The notes beneath the pieces were generated by a model, which saw only the letters and a list, made by a program, of their open reading frames with translations, did not search any database and was not told the origin of the DNA. A stretch of 64,000 nt of DNA from a virus (taxonomy: Duplodnaviria > Caudoviricetes): the IMG/VR virus record IMGVR_UViG_3300029705_000039, one strand, 5' to 3'. The translations under genes and the position numbers were made by a program. Below, one piece after another: positions 54,820-64,000 of this stretch (position 1 is the stretch's first letter; the number at the start of each line of letters is the position of its first letter).

Positions 54820-56022
54820 TTATACCACCTACCATAACGCGACGACTTTAATTTTCTTTGTATAAACCTTATCCTTATACTTAGCAGTTAATGTAAATGT
54901 TCCTATTTTATTCTTAGAATTGGCAGTAATGGAACAATGATTTCCTTCGGAAATCATAGTAGCCAAATCAGTCGCACCAATATCAAACTCAACCTAATCG
55001 GCATTTTCTAAGATATACTCATTTGTAGTAGTTAAACGAATACGCTCATTGCCAATAAAAATCGGTTGAATAGTAGCCTCTGCGCCAATAACTATTGTCT
55101 ATGTTGCAGAAACACCATTATAAGAAACTGTGACGGTGCCGCCGCCGGCTTCATGTGCCTAGATAAGTCCGTTTTCTAAAAGAGTTAGATTACCATCTAC
55201 ATTGATTTGACCTTTAATATCCTAAAGAACCCCATCTTTAGAAATAGAATAATTTAAATCTATTATAGTATTAGGCTATACGATTTGATTCTTAGGCATA
55301 TCAATAGACCAAACTGCTAACTTATCAATATTCGCTATACTTTGATTTACATCATCACGTTGCTGATTTAAATTAGTTTCAGTGAAAGACATATGAATCA
55401 CACCTGGCACTGAATTCTAATCATAGTCAACCAAATACCAAACTTCATCTAGCACCATAATCTCCGTATTAATTGCCATTAACTAATGCGGCATTATGAT
55501 ATGAATATGTTTGTTTGGTTGTGGTGTAATCATATCATTCCAGGTTCTAAAATTATCCTTAATCTTGGAATCTTTAGAACCTAATAAATACACCCAACTT
55601 TCTTTTAAAATACCAGTTGTATCAATCCACTTAATATAGTGATTGCAACGCACCATATAAAACTTTTGATGCGGCTAATAAGAGGAAGTGGTAGAACGAT
55701 AAATCAACCACACCTCATTGTTCCACTCTATTAAGTCTCCCTGTTTTAGGGCCGGGCCGCCATCTTCAAGAACTTTGGTTAGAAGAATTTGAGAAACTCG
55801 ATTGTCGTCTTCCTTATCTGTAAGAATGACTCCATCAAAAGTCTCAAAAACTTCGGCTTTTGTCAAATCTTGAATATTGCTAATAGATTTTAAGCCATAC
55901 TATGTATGCTAATTATATTTTAAATAACGACGAAATTCTAATATACCAGAATTAAAGGCTCTTTCTTGCGGCGAAGTTCCTAAATGAGAAATCCGTTTTT
56001 TATAAACTTCAAGATAACTCAT
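54820..56022 (-). CDS. Putative head-closure/neck protein with C-terminal beta-rich (Ig-like) region, TAG-recoded
   Basis: MSYLEVYKKRI...LKQGDLIEWNNEVWLIY..CNHYIKW; ends LW*VV then TAA. Confidence 0.65.
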
Positions 56023-56269
56023 TTTTACTTAACTCCGTTACTAAGTTCATACACTCGAAAATAGTGCGACGAAAGTATTCATAATTTAAATACTTTAAAG
56101 AACTTAGCTTCCCAATCAAAGTCCAATAATTAATGGTACGATTGTTATTTTGAAAACCCATTAGTTCAACGATTATAGTATCCAAGAATTTTTCCCAAGC
56201 GCCCTCTTTTTCCTTTTCACATAAAAGGCCGTATAAACGGCCTTTTAGTTTATTATAATAACCCATCAT
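56009..56269 (-). CDS. Hypothetical protein
   Basis: 86 aa, overlapped with neighbours in the operon. Confidence 0.65.
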   Translation of the reverse strand: MMGYYNKLKGRLYGLLCEKEKEGAWEKFLDTIIVELMGFQNNNRTINYWTLIGKLSSLKYLNYEYFRRTIFECMNLVTELSKNELS

Positions 56270-56706
56270 TTACCGGCGAGCTTCCCAAATATTTTATTTG
56301 GCTTATAATGTTCTGCGCGGCCATACCTATCTAATAGTAAGCGGCATTCATCGCGAACCTGTTCACCAGTTTTATTTAGTTTATCAAGGAAATTAGCTTG
56401 TGAAAAATCTTTATCGCTATAAAGTTGTCGAATGTTGTCCCAAGTCGCAATACAGCGGCGAACCCATTCTAACTTCATTAGATTTGCTATAACCTAAATC
56501 TCGTCATTACTTAAATCTTCGTTAAAGGTGGCGGAATCTTTATCGTAATCTAAGGATACTCTTGGATACCGGAATTGAACTATCGCCGAATCTAAAATCA
56601 TCCGCCAATCTTCTGAAACGATATCGTATGCTTCTGTTAGCATCCAATCATCTGCTTCAATTTTAGAAAGAAAAGCATCATAAACATTCTATAAAGGAGT
56701 AGCCAT
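56266..56706 (-). CDS. Putative head-tail adaptor, TAG-recoded (2 TAG)
   Basis: RBS GGAGGT; MATPL*NVYDAFLSKI...FNEDLSNDEI*VIANLMKLEW..YSDKDFSQAN. Confidence 0.7.
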
Positions 56707-56720
56707 ACGGCCGCACCTCC

Positions 56721-57161
56721 TTAATTCATAGAGCGCTGTAAGTTTAGAGCCTGTAGTACATCTACGCCACAATGAGTTTTGATTAATGCTACTCGGGGCG
56801 CATCCATTATAGAGAACTTAATGGCTGCCGCGATAATCTTATCCTTCATTGCAGGAGAAGCTTCTTTTAAAATACGCGCTAATTCTTGTACAGTGCCTTT
56901 AGTCACTAAATCCTCAGCATTAACATCAATGTCCTTAGGAATTTCAGGCATTGCTTCCTTTACTTCCGCGTCATCTGTAATAACTTTAATAAAGCCATTG
57001 CGCACATAATTGCGGCAACCATTATCATAGTTAAACTCTTCAAAAACGTCATCGGGCATTGTAGTTTCATGACCGGGGTTTAAATCACGACGATAACGAA
57101 CGTTATCCAAAATAATACTAATGCGATAGCCGCTAGTATTCTTAATCCTTACTTTACTCAT
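56721..57161 (-). CDS. Hypothetical virion-region protein
   Basis: RBS AAGGAG, 146 aa, no TAG. Confidence 0.7.
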   Translation of the reverse strand: MSKVRIKNTSGYRISIILDNVRYRRDLNPGHETTMPDDVFEEFNYDNGCRNYVRNGFIKVITDDAEVKEAMPEIPKDIDVNAEDLVTKGTVQELARILKEASPAMKDKIIAAAIKFSIMDAPRVALIKTHCGVDVLQALNLQRSMN

Positions 57162-57192
57162 AAATATTCTCCTTTAACTCCTTTATTATATT

Positions 57193-57216
57193 GGGAGGAA
57201 GGAAGTCCTTCCTCCC
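57193..57216 (-). terminator. Stem-loop after the major capsid gene
   Basis: GGGAGGAAGG-ACTT-CCTTCCTCCC; weak U-tract. Confidence 0.5.
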
Positions 57217-57230
57217 GTTATAAACTATAA

Positions 57231-58265
57231 TTAAGCCTGAATCTCGTCATGGCCCCAAGCATCGATGCCGGAGTTGTAGTAAATGCCCCAATAGTTGGGA
57301 GCAGATACGATACCAACACCAACTTTCTTGTAGCCCTGGATTTCCATAGAACGATCAGTATTCTTCCACTCATCGATGATGGTCTGGCCAACTAGAGCAA
57401 CCTTTACTAGCTTCTCTTTGCCAGCAGGAATTACATAAGCAAAACGGGGGTCGAAGACTAGCTTCTCGTTGCTGTCATCCTCGAAAGAGTTGGGGATTAC
57501 AACGACAGGAGCGCCAGCGAACTTACCAATGTAGCCGTATTCGCGGATTTCGTCGATTTCCCTATCAGAAACCTTATAGCCATCTGGAGTAGCAACAACA
57601 TTTAGCATGGTAGAAGCGAATAGAGCAGAGCAGTAGATTACAGGAGCACCATAAGCGCCTACAACCTGCACTAGCTGAGCCATCTTCTGATAGTCGAAGG
57701 TGTTAGCAGAAACCTTGTTGTTAGCGGGACGGCCAGTGTTGTTCCACTGAGCGGCTAAGCAGCCCTGGATCTCACGGAAAATCTGAGTCATCATACCATC
57801 TAGGATGATTTCATAAATCTCAGCGATATCCTCTAGACCATCTAGGTAGCGCTCGAAGTCGATGATACCAGCACCGCCAATGGTGTGGGATTCTACTTCC
57901 ATGTAGTCATAGTCTAAACGGAAGGTCTCGTATACACCAGAATTGGTAGCACGAGTTACGAACTGACGACCACGCTGGGCGCCACGCTTTACCTTGAAGA
58001 CTAGACGATCGTTATTACCATACTGAGAAACCTCAGCAAAGGAGCCAATTAGCTCTAGAACCTTGCGGGGTAGAACTTCCTCAGCATTCTGAGCTAGTAG
58101 GTCAAATAGTTCATACTTATTACGACGATATAGAGAATAAGTACCAACTAGCTTCTTAATTTCATCACGAAGAGCGGCTTCGTAATCAATGTTCTCGTTG
58201 GCAAATTCAACGGGAATATTGCGGCCCATGGCGCAATCTAATAGCTGTTTAATAGTTAGATTCAT
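57231..58265 (-). CDS. Major capsid protein
   Basis: 344 aa, strong codon bias, position after scaffold and decoration genes, GYIGKFAGAPVVVIPNSF. Confidence 0.8.
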   Translation of the reverse strand: MNLTIKQLLDCAMGRNIPVEFANENIDYEAALRDEIKKLVGTYSLYRRNKYELFDLLAQNAEEVLPRKVLELIGSFAEVSQYGNNDRLVFKVKRGAQRGRQFVTRATNSGVYETFRLDYDYMEVESHTIGGAGIIDFERYLDGLEDIAEIYEIILDGMMTQIFREIQGCLAAQWNNTGRPANNKVSANTFDYQKMAQLVQVVGAYGAPVIYCSALFASTMLNVVATPDGYKVSDREIDEIREYGYIGKFAGAPVVVIPNSFEDDSNEKLVFDPRFAYVIPAGKEKLVKVALVGQTIIDEWKNTDRSMEIQGYKKVGVGIVSAPNYWGIYYNSGIDAWGHDEIQA

Positions 58266-58280
58266 TTTCTTTTCCCTCCA

Positions 58281-58826
58281 TTACACACGCATCATTACGT
58301 ACTTGATGCCGGGGGTGCCAGCGGGAACGGTGTAAAGCTTTACAACCTGAGCGTAGGGACCTTCGGCGGGTTCTTCAGCAGTTACAGTGGGGGCGCCTTC
58401 ACCAATGGTAGGAACAACATATAGAGGACCAGCTTCTAGAGCATCAGCTAGTTCTTGACGCTGTTCGGCAACAGTTTCAGAAGCGAAATTATAGCTAAAG
58501 GTGTTGGTGGTGAAAGTATCGCCAACATTTAGAATGCCAACACGAGGATACTCGCCGGCCTTCTGAGAGTGCCACTTTAGAGCAGGACGCCAGCCGGTGA
58601 AATCCTTCTCAGCGGTGTAAACGATACCAAAAATCTTGGTAGCATCGGAAATTAGGCGAACTTCGCCATTGGCCTTATTGGCGTCTACCCACATGCCATT
58701 CTCGCAAGGAGCGGCCTCAGTGAACTCAGCACTTAGGGGGCTCTGAGAGACGATCATGCCAGTCTTTAGATACTCGGCGCGATTCATTTCTAGGACGCCG
58801 TACTTATCAATCATAAAACGAGCCAT
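58281..58826 (-). CDS. Capsid decoration/minor head protein
   Basis: 181 aa, CENG, YPRVGIL.VGDTFTTN; lies between scaffold and MCP. Confidence 0.6.
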   Translation of the reverse strand: MARFMIDKYGVLEMNRAEYLKTGMIVSQSPLSAEFTEAAPCENGMWVDANKANGEVRLISDATKIFGIVYTAEKDFTGWRPALKWHSQKAGEYPRVGILNVGDTFTTNTFSYNFASETVAEQRQELADALEAGPLYVVPTIGEGAPTVTAEEPAEGPYAQVVKLYTVPAGTPGIKYVMMRV

Positions 58827-58848
58827 AAATGATTACCTCCATTTATTA

Positions 58849-60246
58849 TCACTTTTTATAGGCTTTTAAAATCTTAAACAAAGTTGGTTCTTCGGCAGGC
58901 TCTTGCGGAATATGTACTTCCTGCTTCTGTTCCTTAGCCATAGAGAATTTAGTATACTCTAGTGCTAACTCTGTATTAAGCTCTTTAATAGTTAGAGAAT
59001 CCTTCTTATCAGTAATGCTCTGTAGAATTTCCGCAGGCATACAAGCAGAGAACTTGTTGATAATAGCTTCTTTCTCTTTCTTTTCATATTCTGTAATAGT
59101 ATCAGAATACTGTTGAATGGTCGCATCCTTTTCAACTAAAGTCGCGGCCTGGGCATTGAACTCATCTTGCTTAGCATTTAATTCTTGCTGCTTAGCTTCA
59201 AAGTCTGCCTTTAAGGTGTTAAGCTCTTCCTGTAGAGCGTTGAACTGGCCCTGAAGGGCTTCCTTATCAGCAACTAAAGTGTCATACTGATCTTTTAGTG
59301 CTGTATAAGTATTTAGGGCGTCAGTTAGCTTAGTATCCATTTCAGAGCGCGCGGCTTCAAACTCGGCAACCTGTGCTTTGTAATTGATTACCTCGAACTC
59401 TTCAGCAATAACTAACTTTCCTTCTTCATCAAAAGAATAAGAATACTTATTAACCTGGCCCGCGTTTTCACAAGATAGGGCAAAGATATGCTCTTCAGTA
59501 ATTTCGCAAGGAATTAGGTTAATAGAGTAGGCGCCTTCTTCGCTAAAATTAGGATTTAGAGCATTCCAAATAACTTCGAAATGTTCGTGCTCTAAACCAG
59601 CTACTTTTACGTGCATAGCGTCCTTACCTCCATTAGAGAAATAATTTTTAATAGCTTTAGTAAATTCAATATAGCTATCATCATTCATAGAGAAGAACGC
59701 CGCGCCTTCAAAACAAGGAGTTTTCATATCACCTAAGATACAAAGACCAGCCATAACCCCTTCGGTATATACATATTCTTCAAAGGGACTATCATCCATC
59801 ATGCGCCATTCTCCACGAACAGTTTCTGGATCAATTTCCATACTTTGGGTTTTTGTAAAAAGCTTTGAAGCTTCTTGCCAATATTTGGCCCAGACCAAAA
59901 CATCGTAAGTAGCATATGTTCTAGTCACGCCATCTTCGTCCAAGTGGTCGGTCCAAGTTAAACTATTAGGAATAACGAAGCCATATGCCTTGGCTAATTC
60001 AGGCCCCTCATGCCCTAAGAAATCGCCACGCATAGCATCATAATATCCAATCACAGGTTTGTTATAAGCAGATTTTGCTAACTTTTCAGCGAACTCGTCA
60101 GTAATATAACTACCATTGCGATTAGAGTATTTATAAAAAACCCTTACTTTACCTTGAAATAACTCAGGGTCCGAAGTTGGTAAAAGCCCTCCTTCTTCAA
60201 AGGAGATGTCAAAGCGAAACGGTATATTACGTTCCATTTTTTCCAC
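58849..60246 (-). CDS. Prohead protease-scaffold fusion
   Basis: NRNGSYIT, KPVIG, GHE, QSMEI, GLCILG..PCFEGA; long C-terminal coiled coil. Confidence 0.8.
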   Translation of the reverse strand: MEKMERNIPFRFDISFEEGGLLPTSDPELFQGKVRVFYKYSNRNGSYITDEFAEKLAKSAYNKPVIGYYDAMRGDFLGHEGPELAKAYGFVIPNSLTWTDHLDEDGVTRTYATYDVLVWAKYWQEASKLFTKTQSMEIDPETVRGEWRMMDDSPFEEYVYTEGVMAGLCILGDMKTPCFEGAAFFSMNDDSYIEFTKAIKNYFSNGGKDAMHVKVAGLEHEHFEVIWNALNPNFSEEGAYSINLIPCEITEEHIFALSCENAGQVNKYSYSFDEEGKLVIAEEFEVINYKAQVAEFEAARSEMDTKLTDALNTYTALKDQYDTLVADKEALQGQFNALQEELNTLKADFEAKQQELNAKQDEFNAQAATLVEKDATIQQYSDTITEYEKKEKEAIINKFSACMPAEILQSITDKKDSLTIKELNTELALEYTKFSMAKEQKQEVHIPQEPAEEPTLFKILKAYKK

Positions 60247-60249
60247 TCC

Positions 60250-61827
60250 TTAGGTTGCGCCCTCAAGATTTTTATCAGTCTTGTCGGAGCGTTCCTCAAT
60301 ATTTTTCTGTGGTCTACCGCCCTCATCACTTAAGTTTGGATTGGAGGTGGTCTTCTCTGGAATTTTTTCCCCGTCAGAAGATTTTTCTTCTTTTCCGGAA
60401 GTTGTATAAGAAGATTGTAGCGGCACCATAGATTTTTCTAGATGTAACACATTATTTTCGAAGTCTGTGATTTGCGCCAAATCGATAATATCCAAACCAA
60501 TAACAGAAGCAACGGTTTGTTTCGGATAACCATATTGCGCAGTTTTTAGATACATATCTACATCTTCCTTGCGGAAAATAGAAGAAGTGGGTAATAGTTT
60601 GATTGAGAAATAAAGCGCATCATTTTTAGCCTTACGCCGCAAGAAACTATTAATCGCCAACTCGTATTGATGGCTCCAAGCAAACATAAGAGAGATATCT
60701 TTCTTAATTGAGAAAGTCAAAGCGGTGGAGCCGCTGTCGGCGTTGAAAATTATAGAAGAGGTTCCTAAATCATCATATACACTATTTAAATATTTTTTCA
60801 AACGTGTAGCAGAAGAAGAGGCACTTGCTTCGGTATCCTAAACGTTCTCTAAACTGATATCAGCATAGGTGGTAATAACATCAATTGTATCATCTTCCGC
60901 CAGCATATTACACACACTTTCGTGTAATACTTCTGCTTCTGGCAAACTAAATAATAGTTCCCCATCAGTTTTATTAATAGGTAGCTTATGAATTAATAAC
61001 TTCCTTAATTCATTTTCATCGTGGCGTGCTTCGCGTTCCCGCGCTTGTTCTAATTCTTGCGCCGCGATAGTTGCGGATACAAATGGCGGAGTGTGGTCTT
61101 CATTGAAGAAGAAGCAAAGTCCGCCTTCGCTTGCGGGAATTTCCGCCCAGAATTCTTTATTTCTTTTATTTAGATATAGTGCCTAAACATATTTAGGGAA
61201 TAATTTTAGAATTAATTTACGCTCAATATCATTAGATGCTACTGCGTCAAAATATGAGAGATTTAATTCTAAAATTGGCAATCCATCGGCATCCAAGAAT
61301 CGGCTGCGGCAATAGCGGGCAGGCAACTTATAAAAAGCAGGTTTTTCTCCTTCGCTTTCTATCAAAAGCCCGTAATAGATACCCTCTGCTAAAACCGTTA
61401 AATTAATCTTTGGCAATACATAATCCAAGTGCATATCTTTAATATACTTAGAAATCTTCTTGTATGCCGGCTTCATCTTCTTGGGCCGCGAATCAATATC
61501 ATAGTGCGGAACAATTACATAACCATAATTTAATAAAGTCGCATAATATTGCAAGGGGCGCGCATAAGTCCCACTAAAGCGACTATAGTATTTAGATAGT
61601 TCGCGTATGGACTCCGGGTCACCACTTTCTAAAATCTACCGAATTTCTTCCTTAGTAAATCCGATAGAAGATACACCATAATGACCGCGGCCATAGCGTT
61701 CTCTATAACTATTGACTTGCTGTGGAACTTTGACAGCCTTCTTGGCAAAACTTTCAAACTCAGTTAAATCACGGCCAGGTTTTGCCGCATTTTGAGACTG
61801 AGCCTAAATCGGTTTTTCATTCGCCAT
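60250..61827 (-). CDS. Portal protein, TAG-recoded
   Basis: RBS GGAGG; MANEKPI*AQ...; track fragments 61183-61554 and 60250-60801 share a frame; PLQSSYT; lies between terminase and protease. Confidence 0.8.
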
Positions 61828-61833
61828 TGCTTA

Positions 61834-62395
61834 TCAATGCCTCCGTTTATTTCTTGAAGAAAAGAAGGTCATTTTAGAAGCATCCGTAATACCGGTTTTC
61901 TTTTTCCGCACTTCTTTATCTTCATAATACTTGATACGATATAATCCATAACTTAAAGCAGAAACACGGTCTTTGTTAATGCGGCGAGAAATTTGCTCGA
62001 CCGCTATTTGCCCTGCCGCGCCACTGGCTTTTAATTTTAGATTATTCATCTCATCAATAAGTCGCGAAGTCATGGTATAAGGTAGAAGAAATTTTTCCCG
62101 ACTTAAATAATTCATTTTCTGGCCTTTTTTTGTAGTCATTAGTTTATCTTTTACGATACGTTCATTAGCGAGTAATAATAAATTGCCACTATTAATTTGA
62201 ACGTAAAGATTAGAATAAATTTCACTATTCATTGTCGCGTTGGCTTTAATATTGAAAATAACCGCATTAGGACTTTTCTCTTGGCCGCGAGGAATAGGGT
62301 AATTGTCCTAATCGTTAATTACATAAAGCGGTTCATAGGTTTCGCCATTTGGGCCATACGAAGGAACAACTAGAGCATCAATTAGACCGGCACCA
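61834..62395 (-). CDS. terL: Terminase large subunit, last exon (nuclease end), contains TAG
   Basis: |GAGLIDALV...LIDEMNNLK...KDRVSALSYG. Confidence 0.85.
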
Positions 62396-63209
62396 CATTT
62401 ATATTCCATAAGAGTCGCTAATTCTTACGCGGGATTTTACCCAGCTTTACATTACTGTAAAGATTAGACTATATCTTCACCCATAATATTATGGGGCTCT
62501 CCACTTCGGGCCGCTTGGCCCTACGGCTTTCGCCTAGTCGTTGAACGTTCAAGAAAAATCAATATTTTCAGTTAAATACGCCCATCGTTCGTGGCGGCGA
62601 ATAGAATTTGCGTAGTCTTTACATAGTCCATACATTCTATCGATTTCCGCACCAGAATATTTTTTTGATAATAATAAATCTATTATTTCTAAAACTTGTT
62701 TTTCAGTCAGTTTACTTAGATTATTATTCTCACCACGCTAGGTTTTTAAACCAATATTAAAAGCGTGTTTTACATTCTCAGAACAAGTGGCCCATTCTAA
62801 ATTACTTATATGATTATTTAATTTATTGCCGTCAATATGATTAACCTACAAAGTATCCATATCATTACGAGGGGAAAAATTCTCCAACATTAGACGATGA
62901 ACGGAATAAGTATGACGTTTATTATCTTTTGAAATTAATCGCACTTTTTCATATCCATATCTATCAAGATGTGTAGATAGAAATCGTTTGCTAAAGTGGC
63001 TATATACTTTTCCATCCTCAGTTAAAGAATAATCATACTTCAAATCATATTTAGAATAGGTAATTGGGAATAATTTTTCCATAATATTTAAGCCTCCAAT
63101 AAAAGCTTTATTTTTCTTGCTTCGCTGCTGATTGTCCCAGAGGGAGTTCCCAGCAATTCAGAGAGTTTTTCAAATAGCTTACGCTATAAGGGCGCTAAGT
63201 GCTATTTTA
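62396..63209 (-). mobile_element. Group I intron in terminase
   Basis: Splicing restores IDGNGV|GAGLID. P1 GGCGU/GCGCC with U.G; GAAUUGCUGGGAA, AAUCAGCAG, UCAACGACUA, AAGAUAUAGUCU; terminal G 62396. Confidence 0.92.
62549..63082 (-). CDS. Intron-encoded HNH homing endonuclease, TAG-recoded (2 TAG)
   Basis: [49 protein letters not shown]. Confidence 0.9.
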
Positions 63210-63820
63210 ACGCCATTACCGTCGATTACAACCTCTTTTGGTCTATATTCTTTTACTAGTCCTTTGATGTGCGCGGCCTAGGCTAAAAGGTTCATTTTAG
63301 TGAGGTTTTGTGTAAATACCACTTCTTTGCGCCAGCCGCCATCACGAGGTTTGACTTTAAATACAAAGATAGAGGTATCGTTTTCGCCATATCTTGCGAC
63401 GTCAACTGACATTAAATAAAACCAACCCTTATTAACTTGATCTTGAGTAAGGTTATATTTTTTTTCGCAATGTAAGAGAGCGCGTGATTTTTCTAACTTT
63501 TTGGCATTGAACCAAGAATCAGAGGAACCGCCAGTCCATATACTCATAGATTCACGAGCAAAACCATCGCTGGAGAATGAACTGGAAAGTTTTTGGTCTT
63601 GAATAGTTTTCTTATCAAATAGGCCATATCGTAATGGTAATTCGTAGCTGGCGCCGCAAATAAAGTAATCTTCAGGCTCCAATACGGCTAAGGTAGTTAA
63701 TTCTATTAAACGTTCGTAAGCAAAAGTATTCTTTGAGCCAGCGCTCGTGATATATATCTACTATGAATGAGGTTCTTCGTCGTTCTGGCCGCCATCTGCT
63801 GTCATTCGCGGAATATTCAT
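63210..63820 (-). CDS. terL: Terminase large subunit, internal exon, contains TAGs
   Basis: EPHS**IYITSAG, FARESMSIW, SVDVAR..D, VVIDGNG. Confidence 0.85.
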
Positions 63821-64000
63821 CCAAATATCTTTACCCCACTTGGGGCCATAGGGCTCGTATTTTCATACGAAGTTGAGACTATATCTTCACGCATTAGCGT
63901 GTGCTCTGTTTCGAGAAAAGTCGTTAATTTTTCTCTACTCCCTTTTGGGATAGTCGTTGAGCCAAAAAATCGGTAAGTATTTTGTCAATTTTATTGAAGT
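63821..64000 (-). mobile_element. 3' part of a second group I intron in terminase (continues beyond the window)
   Basis: UCAACGACUAUCCC..GGGAGUAG and GAAGAUAUAGUCU core elements, P9 hairpins, G immediately before the exon (boundary +/-1 nt). Confidence 0.8.

Noticed and set aside
102-60431. Antisense and alternate-frame track ORFs (e.g. 102-734, 5227-5586, 8511-8981, 41019-41285, 53759-54097, 60177-60431)
   Set aside because: They are shadows of well-supported genes, with no RBS or recognisable motifs.
30918-63820. Virion genes as pseudogenes of a decayed prophage
   Set aside because: Interruptions are all TAG, with no frameshifts in the fragments and gaps checked, and they fall on Gln positions. 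Decay would also give TAA/TGA and indels.
1-64000. Suppressor tRNA-CUA or other tRNA/rRNA
   Set aside because: No cloverleaf with a T-loop consensus was found in the intergenic spaces. It may lie outside the window; tRNAscan-SE would settle this.
1-64000. CRISPR array, DGR or retron
   Set aside because: No regularly spaced direct repeats, no reverse transcriptase motifs and no template/variable repeat pair were noticed.

Overview
64 kb of a large, AT-rich tailed (sipho-like) phage genome, most likely infecting an anaerobic Firmicute (near-consensus sigmaA promoters, AGGAGG RBSs, nrdDG). The + strand (1-30.9 kb) is a near-autonomous replication and nucleotide-metabolism arm: ligase, ClpP, PIN-PhoH, type II topoisomerase B/A, SSB-like, Sak4-like ATPase, DnaB-like helicase, primase, RecJ, DnaE, nrdD/nrdG, dUTPase, RuvC. 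The - strand (30.9-64 kb) is the virion arm: terminase, portal, protease/scaffold, capsid, neck, two tail-tube paralogs, a ~3970-aa tape measure, Dit-like protein and a ~2100-aa tail protein. The supplied ORF track is fragmented because this phage reads TAG as glutamine (code 15-like). In-frame TAGs fall on conserved Gln positions ([16 protein letters not shown]), and fragments ending in TAG chain in one frame into full genes. TAG use is strongly partitioned: absent from core replication genes and high-copy capsid/tail-tube genes, present in low-copy virion genes and in most endonucleases, and often within the first 10 codons. This looks like a translational gate (inference). Three group I introns (one in nrdD, two in terminase) are present; the two complete ones carry recoded homing endonucleases with SD-sequestering hairpins. 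Other hidden items: a membrane-anchored coiled-coil GIY-YIG nuclease with ~15 TAGs, a candidate structured ncRNA and a GNA-triloop hairpin cluster (possible origin). No suppressor tRNA or CRISPR array was seen. All calls are from reading the sequence by eye; the long recoded ORFs were frame-checked at every fragment and spot-checked in the gaps.
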